Shown: one piece after another, positions 1-11,287 of the stretch | Position numbering within the stretch: position 1 is the stretch's first letter | Layout: each line of letters starts with the position of its first letter | Assembly: GCA_043804515.1 (NCBI GenBank) | Contig: JAZDIZ010000165.1 | Span: 1 to 21,145 of the forward strand | From: Pseudomonadota bacterium | GTDB taxonomy: Bacteria > Bdellovibrionota_G > JALEGL01 > DATDPG01 | Direction of reading: 5' to 3' | Length of the DNA: 21,145 nt | The notes under the pieces: model-generated | Database searches by the model: none | Seen by the model: only the letters and a program-made list of their open reading frames with translations | What the model was told of the DNA's origin: nothing | Program-made: the position numbers and the translations under genes

Positions 1-1
1 G

Positions 2-376
2 GCGCTAGACGGTCGCGGGCGCGGGGTCGATCCACGCATGCCGAGTGCCGTGTCGCAGGGAATGGTCTTTCTCGTGTCCGCCCTGACGGCGAACGGGGTC
101 CCCGAATTGCGCGAGGCCCTGGGAAAACAAGCCGCCCGAAAGTGCCAGGTCGGGCACGACGGAGGGGTTGCAAACGACAGGCAGCGCGAACTCCTGGATG
201 GTTACGTAAATGCCCTGGCTCGGGCGGAGGGCGAACTTCAGAAGGATGCATCGCCTGAATTCGTGGCTTTCGAGCTCCAGCAGGCTTATCGCAATGTCTC
301 CAGATTGTTGGGAAAGGACGAAGGGATCGAGGAAGTTTTGAGTGAGATTTTCGCCAGGTTCTGTATTGGAAAGTAG
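2..376 (+). CDS. mnmE: tRNA modification GTPase MnmE (TrmE), C-terminal part; 5' end lies outside the window
   Basis: Frame is open from position 2. It ends ...EFVAFELQQAYRNVSRLLGKDEGIEEVLSEIFARFCIGK*, the MnmE C-terminal F-C-I-G-K signature, and lies upstream of mnmG. Confidence 0.93.
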   Translation, partial: ALDGRGRGVDPRMPSAVSQGMVFLVSALTANGVPELREALGKQAARKCQVGHDGGVANDRQRELLDGYVNALARAEGELQKDASPEFVAFELQQAYRNVSRLLGKDEGIEEVLSEIFARFCIGK

Positions 377-378
377 CC

Positions 379-1110
379 ATGGTTTCACGTGAAACATTGA
401 AGATTGAAGCGTTCTTTGACCTGTCGGGGGTCTGGTTCTCCAGGTTCATGACGTCGGCGGAGCAGCCATGGGACCTTCTTAAGCCCGGGCTCAAAGAAAA
501 GTGGATCGAGGACGCCTTGGCGCCCAACGTTGCGATCGTTGAAAGGGCCGGCACGCTGGTTCTTAAGACCGTCGAGCTTCGAGTCCCGGGCGGGTCGGCC
601 GTCGTCGAGGCCGGGAGCTGCCTGGTGGGGAATAGAATCGAACTGCGGGCGGGCGTCGTGGTCGAGGCCGGCGCCTGGATCACCGGCCCCACAATTTTAG
701 GGGAAGGAACCCTGGTCCGGCAGGGCGCCTATATTCGAGGCGGCGTCATCACGGGGACCAAGGCCATCATCGGCCACGCCAGCGAAGTGAAGAGTTCGAT
801 TTTCTTAAACGACGCCAAGGCCCCTCATTTTGCCTATGTGGGGGACAGCATTCTCGGGAATCGGGTGAACCTGGGGGCCGGCACCAAAATCTCGAACCTC
901 AAGATCACCAACACCGAGGTGCGTTTTTCCGTCAACGGCGAAAAAGTCTCAACAGGCCTTCGAAAGATGGGCGCGATCTTGGGTGATGGTACCGAGACGG
1001 GGTGCAACAGCGTCCTGAACCCGGGCGTCCTCCTCGGAAAAAACTGCCGCGTCTATCCGGCCATCGCGGTACGTCCTCTTTACTATCCGGACGGCACCAT
1101 GGTCCGGTGA
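379..1110 (+). CDS. Stand-alone left-handed beta-helix (hexapeptide) acyltransferase resembling the GlmU C-terminal domain (putative glucosamine-1-phosphate N-acetyltransferase)
   Basis: Motifs GAWITGPTILG, GAYIRG, GHASEVKSS, APHFAYVGDSILGNRVNLGAGTKISN, TGLRKMGAILGD, GCNSVLNPG; no nucleotidyltransferase domain. Start is either ATG 379 or TTG 397. Confidence 0.8.
   Translation: MVSRETLKIEAFFDLSGVWFSRFMTSAEQPWDLLKPGLKEKWIEDALAPNVAIVERAGTLVLKTVELRVPGGSAVVEAGSCLVGNRIELRAGVVVEAGAWITGPTILGEGTLVRQGAYIRGGVITGTKAIIGHASEVKSSIFLNDAKAPHFAYVGDSILGNRVNLGAGTKISNLKITNTEVRFSVNGEKVSTGLRKMGAILGDGTETGCNSVLNPGVLLGKNCRVYPAIAVRPLYYPDGTMVR
381..396. promoter_or_regulatory. parS: parS centromere-like site (ParB loading site)
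   Basis: GGTTTCACGTGAAACA matches the canonical TGTTTCACGTGAAACA at 15/16, with a perfect 14-bp palindromic core at 382-395. parA/parB are about 3 kb downstream. Confidence 0.92.
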
Positions 1111-2990
1111 GTTACGACGTTCTGGTGGTGGGCGCCGGGCATGCCGGCATTGAAGCGGCGCTGGCAGCGACCCGGATGGGCGCAAAGGTTTGCCTGATCA
1201 CGTCGAATCTGGGCCGCATCGGCCACATGTCGTGCAATCCGGCGATTGGCGGCCTGGCAAAGGGACAGCTTGTGAAGGAGGTCGATGCCCTGGGGGGCGA
1301 AATGGCCCACGCCATCGACGAGGCCGGCATCCAGTTCCGAAAGCTCAATACGAGCAAAGGCCCCGCCGTCTGGTCCTCCCGGGCCCAGGCGGACAAGGCC
1401 AGATACTCACGGCGCATGCGGGAGGCGCTGGAGTCGGTCCCCGGTTTGGACCTTAGGGAAGGCATGGTTGCCGACCTTCTCGTCGAGCACGGCCGATGTT
1501 GTGGAATCACAACGGAAGTGGGATGGAAGACCCATGCCAAAACAACGGTTTTGACTACAGGCACGTTCCTTAACGGCTTAATACATATAGGCAGTTACAC
1601 CGAACCAGCCGGAAGGGCAGGGGACAGACCATCAACAAAGCTGGCCAATTTTTTGCGAAATACGGGCCTAAATGTAGGAAGAATGAAGACAGGAACCGTT
1701 CCTAGGCTGGCCAAAAACACGATAAATAACAAAATATTAGACGAACAGTGGGGCGAAATACCCATTCCATTCTTCTCGTTTTTCCGGTCTGGCCCGGCTC
1801 TTCCGCAGGTCTCCTGCTTTATAACGTACACGAACGAGCGGACACACGACGTCATACGGCGGAACTTGTCGAAATCGGCTTTGTACAGCGGAAAGATTTC
1901 AGGCGTGGGCCCGCGCTATTGCCCGAGCGTTGAGGACAAGGTCGTCAGGTTCGCGGATAAAACGAGGCACCAGGTTTTTTTGGAGCCGGAGGGTTTGGAT
2001 ACGGACGAGGTCTATCCCAACGGCCTGTCGAACTCCCTGCCCGTGGAAGTGCAGGTTGAATTTCTCCGTACGATCCGAGGCCTCGAAAGCGTCGAGGTCC
2101 GGCGCCCCGGGTACGCGATCGAATACGACTTTGTGGATCCGACCGAGCTTCACCCGTGGCTCGAGACGAAAAAAATTTCCGGCTTGTTCCACGCAGGCCA
2201 GATCAACGGCACGTCGGGGTACGAAGAGGCGGCGGCGCAGGGCCTTGTGGCGGGGATCAACGCCGCGCTCTCCGTTCAGAAGTGCGAGCCGTTCGTTTTG
2301 TCCAGGACGGAAAGCTACATCGGCGTCTTGATCGACGACCTCGTCACGAAGGGCACGAGCGAGCCGTATCGAATGTTCACGTCGCGCGCCGAGCACAGGC
2401 TCTATCTCCGGGAGGACAACGCGGATCAGCGGCTCCACGAGTACGGCTGGAAACTCGGCCTGATCCCGGCCTCGGTGCACGCGGCGTTTCGAGAGAAAAT
2501 GAACGCGATCGAAACCCTGCGCAGGAAGCTCGAAACTTCTCTACTCACACCCACGGCGCCGACGCTGGCGCGGCTATCGACCCTGGGCGTCGGACCGATC
2601 AAGAAGGCCACGGCGCTCTTGGATCTGATGCGCCGCCCCGGCGTTTGCTGGCGCACACTTACGGAGATCGAGCCCTCCCTGGCGTCCGTCGATCCGCGCG
2701 TCGCCGAGCAGGCGGAGATCTCGGTAAAATACGAGGGGTACATCGCAAGGGAGAGGGAAGTGATCGGCCGCGTAGAACGGGAAGGGGGGATGCGGATCCC
2801 CTCGGAGCTTGATTTTCGTGCCGTGCCAAGCCTCTCCCACGAGGTGCGGGAAAAATTGGTCCGGATCCAACCCCGAACGCTCGGACAGGCAAGCCGAATC
2901 TCCGGTGTAACGCCGGCGGCCATCTCGGTTTTGAGCGTTTATCTGCGCAAGTATCGCGCACCCGAAGCGCCCGAACTGCTGGAAATGTAA
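1107..2990 (+). CDS. mnmG: tRNA uridine-5-carboxymethylaminomethyl(34) synthesis enzyme MnmG (GidA)
   Basis: YDVLVVGAGHAGIEAA FAD motif, MSCNPAIGG, GPRYCPSVEDK, AGQINGTSGYEEAAAQG, PYRMFTSRAE, ASRISGVTPA. GTG start at 1107 overlaps the upstream TGA (GTGA). Confidence 0.97.
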   Translation: MSYDVLVVGAGHAGIEAALAATRMGAKVCLITSNLGRIGHMSCNPAIGGLAKGQLVKEVDALGGEMAHAIDEAGIQFRKLNTSKGPAVWSSRAQADKARYSRRMREALESVPGLDLREGMVADLLVEHGRCCGITTEVGWKTHAKTTVLTTGTFLNGLIHIGSYTEPAGRAGDRPSTKLANFLRNTGLNVGRMKTGTVPRLAKNTINNKILDEQWGEIPIPFFSFFRSGPALPQVSCFITYTNERTHDVIRRNLSKSALYSGKISGVGPRYCPSVEDKVVRFADKTRHQVFLEPEGLDTDEVYPNGLSNSLPVEVQVEFLRTIRGLESVEVRRPGYAIEYDFVDPTELHPWLETKKISGLFHAGQINGTSGYEEAAAQGLVAGINAALSVQKCEPFVLSRTESYIGVLIDDLVTKGTSEPYRMFTSRAEHRLYLREDNADQRLHEYGWKLGLIPASVHAAFREKMNAIETLRRKLETSLLTPTAPTLARLSTLGVGPIKKATALLDLMRRPGVCWRTLTEIEPSLASVDPRVAEQAEISVKYEGYIAREREVIGRVEREGGMRIPSELDFRAVPSLSHEVREKLVRIQPRTLGQASRISGVTPAAISVLSVYLRKYRAPEAPELLEM

Positions 2991-3012
2991 GATTATTTTT
3001 AAGTGGTCAGAA

Positions 3013-3040
3013 AAAGGCGAGTCAGTTATAGATCGCCTTT
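3013..3040. promoter_or_regulatory. Inverted repeat (candidate operator or hairpin) immediately upstream of the HTH gene
   Basis: AAAGGCGA (3013-3020), 12-nt spacer, TCGCCTTT (3033-3040), ending 3 nt before ATG 3044. Weak sigma70-like TGGTCA-17-TATAGA (3004-3032) overlaps it. Confidence 0.4.
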
Positions 3041-3043
3041 GTT

Positions 3044-3469
3044 ATGAGCTGGTTCTCCGTATCCGAGTACAAGCATCAATATAACGTTTCCTCCTCCACC
3101 GTTCGAAGGCAGATCCAAAAGGGCAGAATCTTCGCGAAGAAGTTCGGCCGGAATTGGTACATTCAATATCCCGACGCACAGGCCGTTTCGGCGGCGCCGC
3201 GGACCGAATCCGCGGTAATGGCGGGGGAGCCGATTCTTCCCGGGGCCGCCGAGGGAAACCTTCAGAGCGTGATCAACTTTTCCAGCAAGGCGCTTCATCA
3301 CTATCTTTTGCTGAGTGACAAGTTGATGGCGGAGAAAGAGCTGCGGATTCAAGAGAAAGAAAAAGAACTGAATGAGCGGCGGCAGGATGTTGCCGAGCTG
3401 GAGGAATACGTGCGCATGTTGGAGGGGGAAGTTCAAAGGCTGAAGGACCGGCCCGAGGGGTGGCGCTGA
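3044..3469 (+). CDS. Protein with N-terminal MerR/excisionase-type helix-turn-helix and C-terminal coiled coil
   Basis: N-terminus WFSVSEYKHQYNVSSSTVRRQIQKGRIFAKKFGRNWYI fits an HTH plus wing. An Ala/Pro linker follows, then heptad-like LMAEKELRIQEKEKELNERRQDVAELEEYVRMLEGEVQRLK. The stop lies 3 nt before parA. Confidence 0.8.
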   Translation: MSWFSVSEYKHQYNVSSSTVRRQIQKGRIFAKKFGRNWYIQYPDAQAVSAAPRTESAVMAGEPILPGAAEGNLQSVINFSSKALHHYLLLSDKLMAEKELRIQEKEKELNERRQDVAELEEYVRMLEGEVQRLKDRPEGWR

Positions 3470-3472
3470 CGC

Positions 3473-4321
3473 ATGGGCCGCGTCGTCGCGATCGCGAACC
3501 AGAAGGGCGGGGTGGGAAAAACGACCACCGCAATCAATCTGGCGGCATCTCTGGCGGCAGCCGAGAAGAAGATTCTCCTGGTCGATATGGACCCGCAATC
3601 GAACACGTCGAGCGGCTCCGGTACGACGGTCTCCGAAGCGAAGCAGGTGTACCACGTCCTATTGGGGGACCTGCGGATCCGCGAGGCGGTCTATTCGACG
3701 GAGATTTCGAGGCTCCGAATCGTGCCGGCCACTCCCGATCTCATCGGATTCGAAGTGGAAGGGCTCTCGTTGAACCATCGCGAAGCCAGATTAAAAAATT
3801 CTCTGGAAGAAGTCCGCGGCGAGTACGATTTCATCCTCATCGACTGCCCCCCGTCGCTGGGACTCCTGACGCTCAACGCTTTGGCGGCGGCGGACAGCGT
3901 ATTGGTGCCGCTTCAGGCCGAATACTTCGCCCTGGAAGGCCTCGGGCGGTTGATAAACACGATCGAGCTGGTGCGCGCGCAGATCAACCCGAACCTGGAA
4001 TTGGAAGGAATCCTTCTCACGATGTTCGACCGGCGCAACAACCTGGCGAAACAAGTGGCCAAGGAAGTGGAGCAACACTTCGGGGCCCGCGTTTTCACCA
4101 CCCGGATTCCCCGGAACGTGAGGATTTCCGAAGCGCCGAGTTTCGGAAAGCCCATTCTTTTGTACGATATCCGTTCGGTGGGTGCGCAGAGTTACTTGGC
4201 GCTGGCCGCCGAGTTTCTGGCTCGGCGCCAGGCCGCCGTAAAATCTGGAGGAGAACATGAGCGAGAGGAAAGTATTGGGCCGGGGACTGTCGTCGTTGAT
4301 CCCCAGCCTGCCGCAAGCTAA
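3473..4321 (+). CDS. parA: Chromosome partitioning ATPase ParA/Soj
   Basis: Deviant Walker A NQKGGVGKTTT, DMDPQSN, IDCPPSLGLLTLNAL, PLQAEYFALEGL, IPRNVRISEAPSFG. Confidence 0.96.
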   Translation: MGRVVAIANQKGGVGKTTTAINLAASLAAAEKKILLVDMDPQSNTSSGSGTTVSEAKQVYHVLLGDLRIREAVYSTEISRLRIVPATPDLIGFEVEGLSLNHREARLKNSLEEVRGEYDFILIDCPPSLGLLTLNALAAADSVLVPLQAEYFALEGLGRLINTIELVRAQINPNLELEGILLTMFDRRNNLAKQVAKEVEQHFGARVFTTRIPRNVRISEAPSFGKPILLYDIRSVGAQSYLALAAEFLARRQAAVKSGGEHEREESIGPGTVVVDPQPAAS

Positions 4322-5171
4322 AGAGGCCTCCCCGCTCGGCGTGCTGAGGGTTCCTCTGGGTGCCACGGCGGGCGAGGTCGCGACGCGGACCGCGATGGCG
4401 CCGGTGTCCGAAATTTTCACGAACCCGCGCCAACCGCGGCGGCAATTCTCGGAAAAGGCGCTTGCCGAGTTGTCGGCGTCGATCCGCGAGGTGGGCATCC
4501 TGCAGCCGCTCCTGGTTCGGAGCACCGACCGCGGATACGAATTGATCGCGGGCGAGCGGCGGCTTCGGGCCGCCAGAAAAGCGGGGCTTACCGAGGTTCC
4601 GGTCCTGGTCCGCAACAGCTCGGATCTGGATCAGCTCGAGATGGCCTTGGTGGAAAACCTGCAACGGGAGGACCTGAACCCGATCGAGGAAGCACATGGG
4701 TTCGCAAGGCTGGCGAACGAGTTCGGGCTCAAGCAGGAGGAGATCGCCAAAAGGGTAGGGAAGGACCGGAGCACGGTCACGAACATCATGCGCTTGTTGG
4801 GGCTCTCCGCGGTGGCGCAGGAGATGCTCGCGTCGGGAGCGATCAGCATGGGGCACGCAAGGGCGCTGCTGCCTTTGGAGGATCCGCGGCGGCAAGAGAC
4901 GCTGGCGCATCGAATTCAGAAGGAGACGCTCTCCGTCCGGCAGGTGGAAGCGCTTGTTCGCGCGATGACGGGTCCGGCTGGTGCACCGGAGGGGAGACGG
5001 CGGACGGACAAAACGGCCCAGGAAACGAACCTACGGCATTTGGCGGACGAACTCCAACGGAGCCTGGGAACCCGCGTGGAGATCACGGCCAGGGGAAAAT
5101 CAGGGGAGATCCGGATTCACTATTACGCCCCGGAAGATCTGCGCCGCGTTGTGGATCGCCTGCTGAAATAG
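4257..5171 (+). CDS. parB: Chromosome partitioning CTPase ParB/Spo0J
   Basis: ParA-stimulating peptide LGRGLSSLI, NPRQPRR, GILQPLLVR, IAGERRLRA, ENLQREDLNPIEEA, HTH GKDRSTVTNIMRLL. SD GGAGGAG at 4247-4253. Confidence 0.96.
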   Translation: MSERKVLGRGLSSLIPSLPQAKEASPLGVLRVPLGATAGEVATRTAMAPVSEIFTNPRQPRRQFSEKALAELSASIREVGILQPLLVRSTDRGYELIAGERRLRAARKAGLTEVPVLVRNSSDLDQLEMALVENLQREDLNPIEEAHGFARLANEFGLKQEEIAKRVGKDRSTVTNIMRLLGLSAVAQEMLASGAISMGHARALLPLEDPRRQETLAHRIQKETLSVRQVEALVRAMTGPAGAPEGRRRTDKTAQETNLRHLADELQRSLGTRVEITARGKSGEIRIHYYAPEDLRRVVDRLLK

Positions 5172-5180
5172 CCGCCGGGG

Positions 5181-5202
5181 AGCTCGTCCGAAAGGGCGGG
5201 TT
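5181..5202 (+). terminator. GAAA-tetraloop hairpin after parB (possible weak terminator or RNA structure)
   Basis: AGCTCGTCC-GAAA-GGGCGGGTT forms a 9-bp stem including G-U pairs; no real U-tract follows. Confidence 0.35.
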
Positions 5203-5344
5203 ATGGAACAATGCGGCTACCGCGCGAAAGGCAAAATTCTCTTGAGACCTTGACAGGTTATGCCCGATTCATTACGTACTGCCCCTGCTGCAAGGGGCGG
5301 TCGGGTCGCCCTGAAATGACAAGCCCCTACTCAAGGAGAAAAGC

Positions 5345-5812
5345 ATGGGAATCTTAAAAGGTGACGCTCAGACCACGACGGACCGTCCGACCTCTATAAG
5401 TGGTGGTTTTAACGCTATTTTGGACCGCGGGGCCGAATTCGAAGGGAAGCTCACGTTTGAAGGGACCGTCCGAATCGACGGAAAGTTCAAAGGGGAGATC
5501 GTTTCGGAGGCGAACCTGGTGTTCGGGGAAAGCGGAAAAGTGGAGGCCGACATCAAGGTGGGAGCCATCTCCGTCAGCGGGGAAGTCAGCGGTAATATTA
5601 CGGCTCGCTCGAAGGTAGAGCTGCACGCCCCGGCCATCGTGAAAGGGAACATCCAGACCCCATCGTTGATCATCGAAGAGGGGGTTCTGTTCGAAGGCTC
5701 GTGCGCCATGGACAAAGGCCCCCAAACGTCGAAATACCCCAAGCCCAAAACGGAGGCCTTATCCCCATCCATACCGGGACCGAAGAAAGACACTGACCTT
5801 CTTCGGCCCTGA
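5345..5812 (+). CDS. Bactofilin (polymer-forming cytoskeletal protein)
   Basis: Beta-helical repeats ILDRGAEFEGKLTFEGTVRIDGKFKGEI...VEADIKVGAISVSGEVSGNITARSKVEL...GNIQTPSLIIEEGVLFEGSCAM with disordered tails. SD AAGGAG at 5333-5338. Confidence 0.93.
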   Translation: MGILKGDAQTTTDRPTSISGGFNAILDRGAEFEGKLTFEGTVRIDGKFKGEIVSEANLVFGESGKVEADIKVGAISVSGEVSGNITARSKVELHAPAIVKGNIQTPSLIIEEGVLFEGSCAMDKGPQTSKYPKPKTEALSPSIPGPKKDTDLLRP

Positions 5813-6378
5813 TGAAGCGCAACGCCTATATCTTCATCCTGGCGCTTTTGTTCTGGGGGGCGTCGTGGCTTTTTCATCACTTCGGGTTTTGGACGGCCGT
5901 AGGCCTGCCCGTACCCCACGGGTACCTCGCTGCGGGCTTTCTGTTTTTGGGGACCGTGCTCCTGCTCCAAAACGTGCTTTTCAGGCCGTACCTTCGCGTG
6001 GTGGAGGAACGCGAAGCCCAGACGATTCATAAGGCGGCTGCGGCGGCAAAGACGAGAGGGGACGCCGAGCGGATGATCTCCGAGTACCGCCGGGCCGTTG
6101 AAGCGGCGCACACGCAAGCGACGCTGGAGAGGGAAAAAATCGCCTTGGCGGGGGAAAACGAGGAGAGGGGGCTGCTCAAAGACGCGAGAGCCCGGGCGAA
6201 CCGGGAACTGACCGCACGGCTCGGGGAACTGGAGGAGGAGGCCCGCAGGCTGGAACCCGCGCTCCTGTCCCAAGTCGACGCCCTCGCCCTCGATGTTTTG
6301 AACCGGGTGATTGTGCCGAAGCCTCCGGGCGGGACGTCCCCGGGCCGAGGGCCGCGACGCGCGAACACGGAGCGTTAA
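5812..6378 (+). CDS. ATP synthase F0 subunit b' (b-type)
   Basis: TM helix followed by LFRPYLRVVEERE and a long Ala/Glu/Arg coiled coil. First of two b-type genes before atpH; TGATG overlap with the bactofilin gene. Confidence 0.82.
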   Translation: MKRNAYIFILALLFWGASWLFHHFGFWTAVGLPVPHGYLAAGFLFLGTVLLLQNVLFRPYLRVVEEREAQTIHKAAAAAKTRGDAERMISEYRRAVEAAHTQATLEREKIALAGENEERGLLKDARARANRELTARLGELEEEARRLEPALLSQVDALALDVLNRVIVPKPPGGTSPGRGPRRANTER

Positions 6379-6384
6379 GGAACG

Positions 6385-6936
6385 ATGCTCGTTTGGATTC
6401 TCATCACGCTTTGGCCGGCCGTGTCTCGGGCTGCGGACGATTCGGCAGGTGCCGGCATCTCCGTGCCCACGATTTTCAACTTCGCGATCCTGGTAACCGG
6501 GCTCGCCGTTTTACTTCGCAAGCCATTGGGTGAAATGCTGCGCGGGAAACAGGCCCGGATTTCCCGGGCGGTCGAGGAAGCGGAACAACTCCGGACGGAC
6601 GCCGAAAGTCTGGCGACCGAGTATCGCGCGAGGCTCGCGGGCCTGGAGGAGGATGTCGCGCGGATTTTGAAAGAGGCGCGGGAGGAAGGAGGGCGCGAAA
6701 AAGAGGAGATCCTGGAGCGGGCCCATAAAATGGCCGCGAGGATCGCCGCCGAAACGGGCCTTTCGATGGAGAGAGATCGTCTTCGCGTTCTCCGGGATCT
6801 CGAGCGGGAGACTTTGACCGCGGCCCTGCGGAAGGCGGAGGAACTTCTGCGGCAACGCGCCACCGAAGCGGATCATCGGATCTTCACGAACGAGTTGATT
6901 GCGAATCTGGAGAACCAGCGTGGCGCAAGATCCTAA
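6385..6936 (+). CDS. atpF: ATP synthase F0 subunit b
   Basis: IFNFAILVTGLAVLLRKPLGEML...ISRAVEEAE coiled coil; positioned before the delta subunit. Confidence 0.85.
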   Translation: MLVWILITLWPAVSRAADDSAGAGISVPTIFNFAILVTGLAVLLRKPLGEMLRGKQARISRAVEEAEQLRTDAESLATEYRARLAGLEEDVARILKEAREEGGREKEEILERAHKMAARIAAETGLSMERDRLRVLRDLERETLTAALRKAEELLRQRATEADHRIFTNELIANLENQRGARS

Positions 6937-7462
6937 AACGCTGGCGGCGCGTATGGCGCACGCCTTCCAGGAAGCCGTGCTGGAATGGAAGGGGGAGGCG
7001 GCCGCCGAAAGAATTCGGACGCAACTCCAAGAGATGGTGGCGCTGAGCCGCGGGAACCCCGGTGCGTTCTTCGCGAACCCGGTGTTTTCCGCCGATGAGA
7101 AGAAGAAAGTCATGGAGGCGATTTTGAATGGACAGACGGCGGAGCCGGAGCTCCGGCGGTTTCTGGAGCTTCTGGTGGCGCTCCATCAGCTCCATCTTCT
7201 TCCCGACATTTCCCGGGCCTACGAGGAGGGATGGAGGGCCCGCCGGAACGAAGTTCGGGCGAGCGTGCGCACGGCCTTCCCCTTGGAGGCCGGGGACCGG
7301 CTGCGGTTGGCGGAGGCCCTGGGCCGCGTGACCGGCAAGAAGGTCCTGATTGACGAAAAGACCGATCCGACGCTGATCGGAGGCGTAGTGGCCCAGGTGG
7401 GAAGCGTCGTGTACGACGCCTCGATACGCGGGTTCTTGAACCGACTGCAACAGGAGTTTTAG
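6920..7462 (+). CDS. atpH: ATP synthase F1 subunit delta
   Basis: FFANPVFSADEKK, RRFLELLV, ASVRTAFPL, DPTLIGGVVAQVGSVVYDASIRGFL. GTG start at 6920 with GGAG at 6909-6912. Confidence 0.9.
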   Translation: MAQDPKTLAARMAHAFQEAVLEWKGEAAAERIRTQLQEMVALSRGNPGAFFANPVFSADEKKKVMEAILNGQTAEPELRRFLELLVALHQLHLLPDISRAYEEGWRARRNEVRASVRTAFPLEAGDRLRLAEALGRVTGKKVLIDEKTDPTLIGGVVAQVGSVVYDASIRGFLNRLQQEF

Positions 7463-11278
<3,816 letters not shown>

Positions 11279-11287
11279 CGGAGAAAC

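Noticed and set aside
1002..1106. N-terminal extension of mnmG in the ORF track
   Set aside because: It overlaps the upstream gene; homology starts at GTG 1107.
5226..5266. GGCAAA...TGCCC resembling the ends of a c-di-GMP-I riboswitch
   Set aside because: Lacks the GNRA-capped stem, the GACGCAAAG-type junction and the tetraloop receptor, and is too short.
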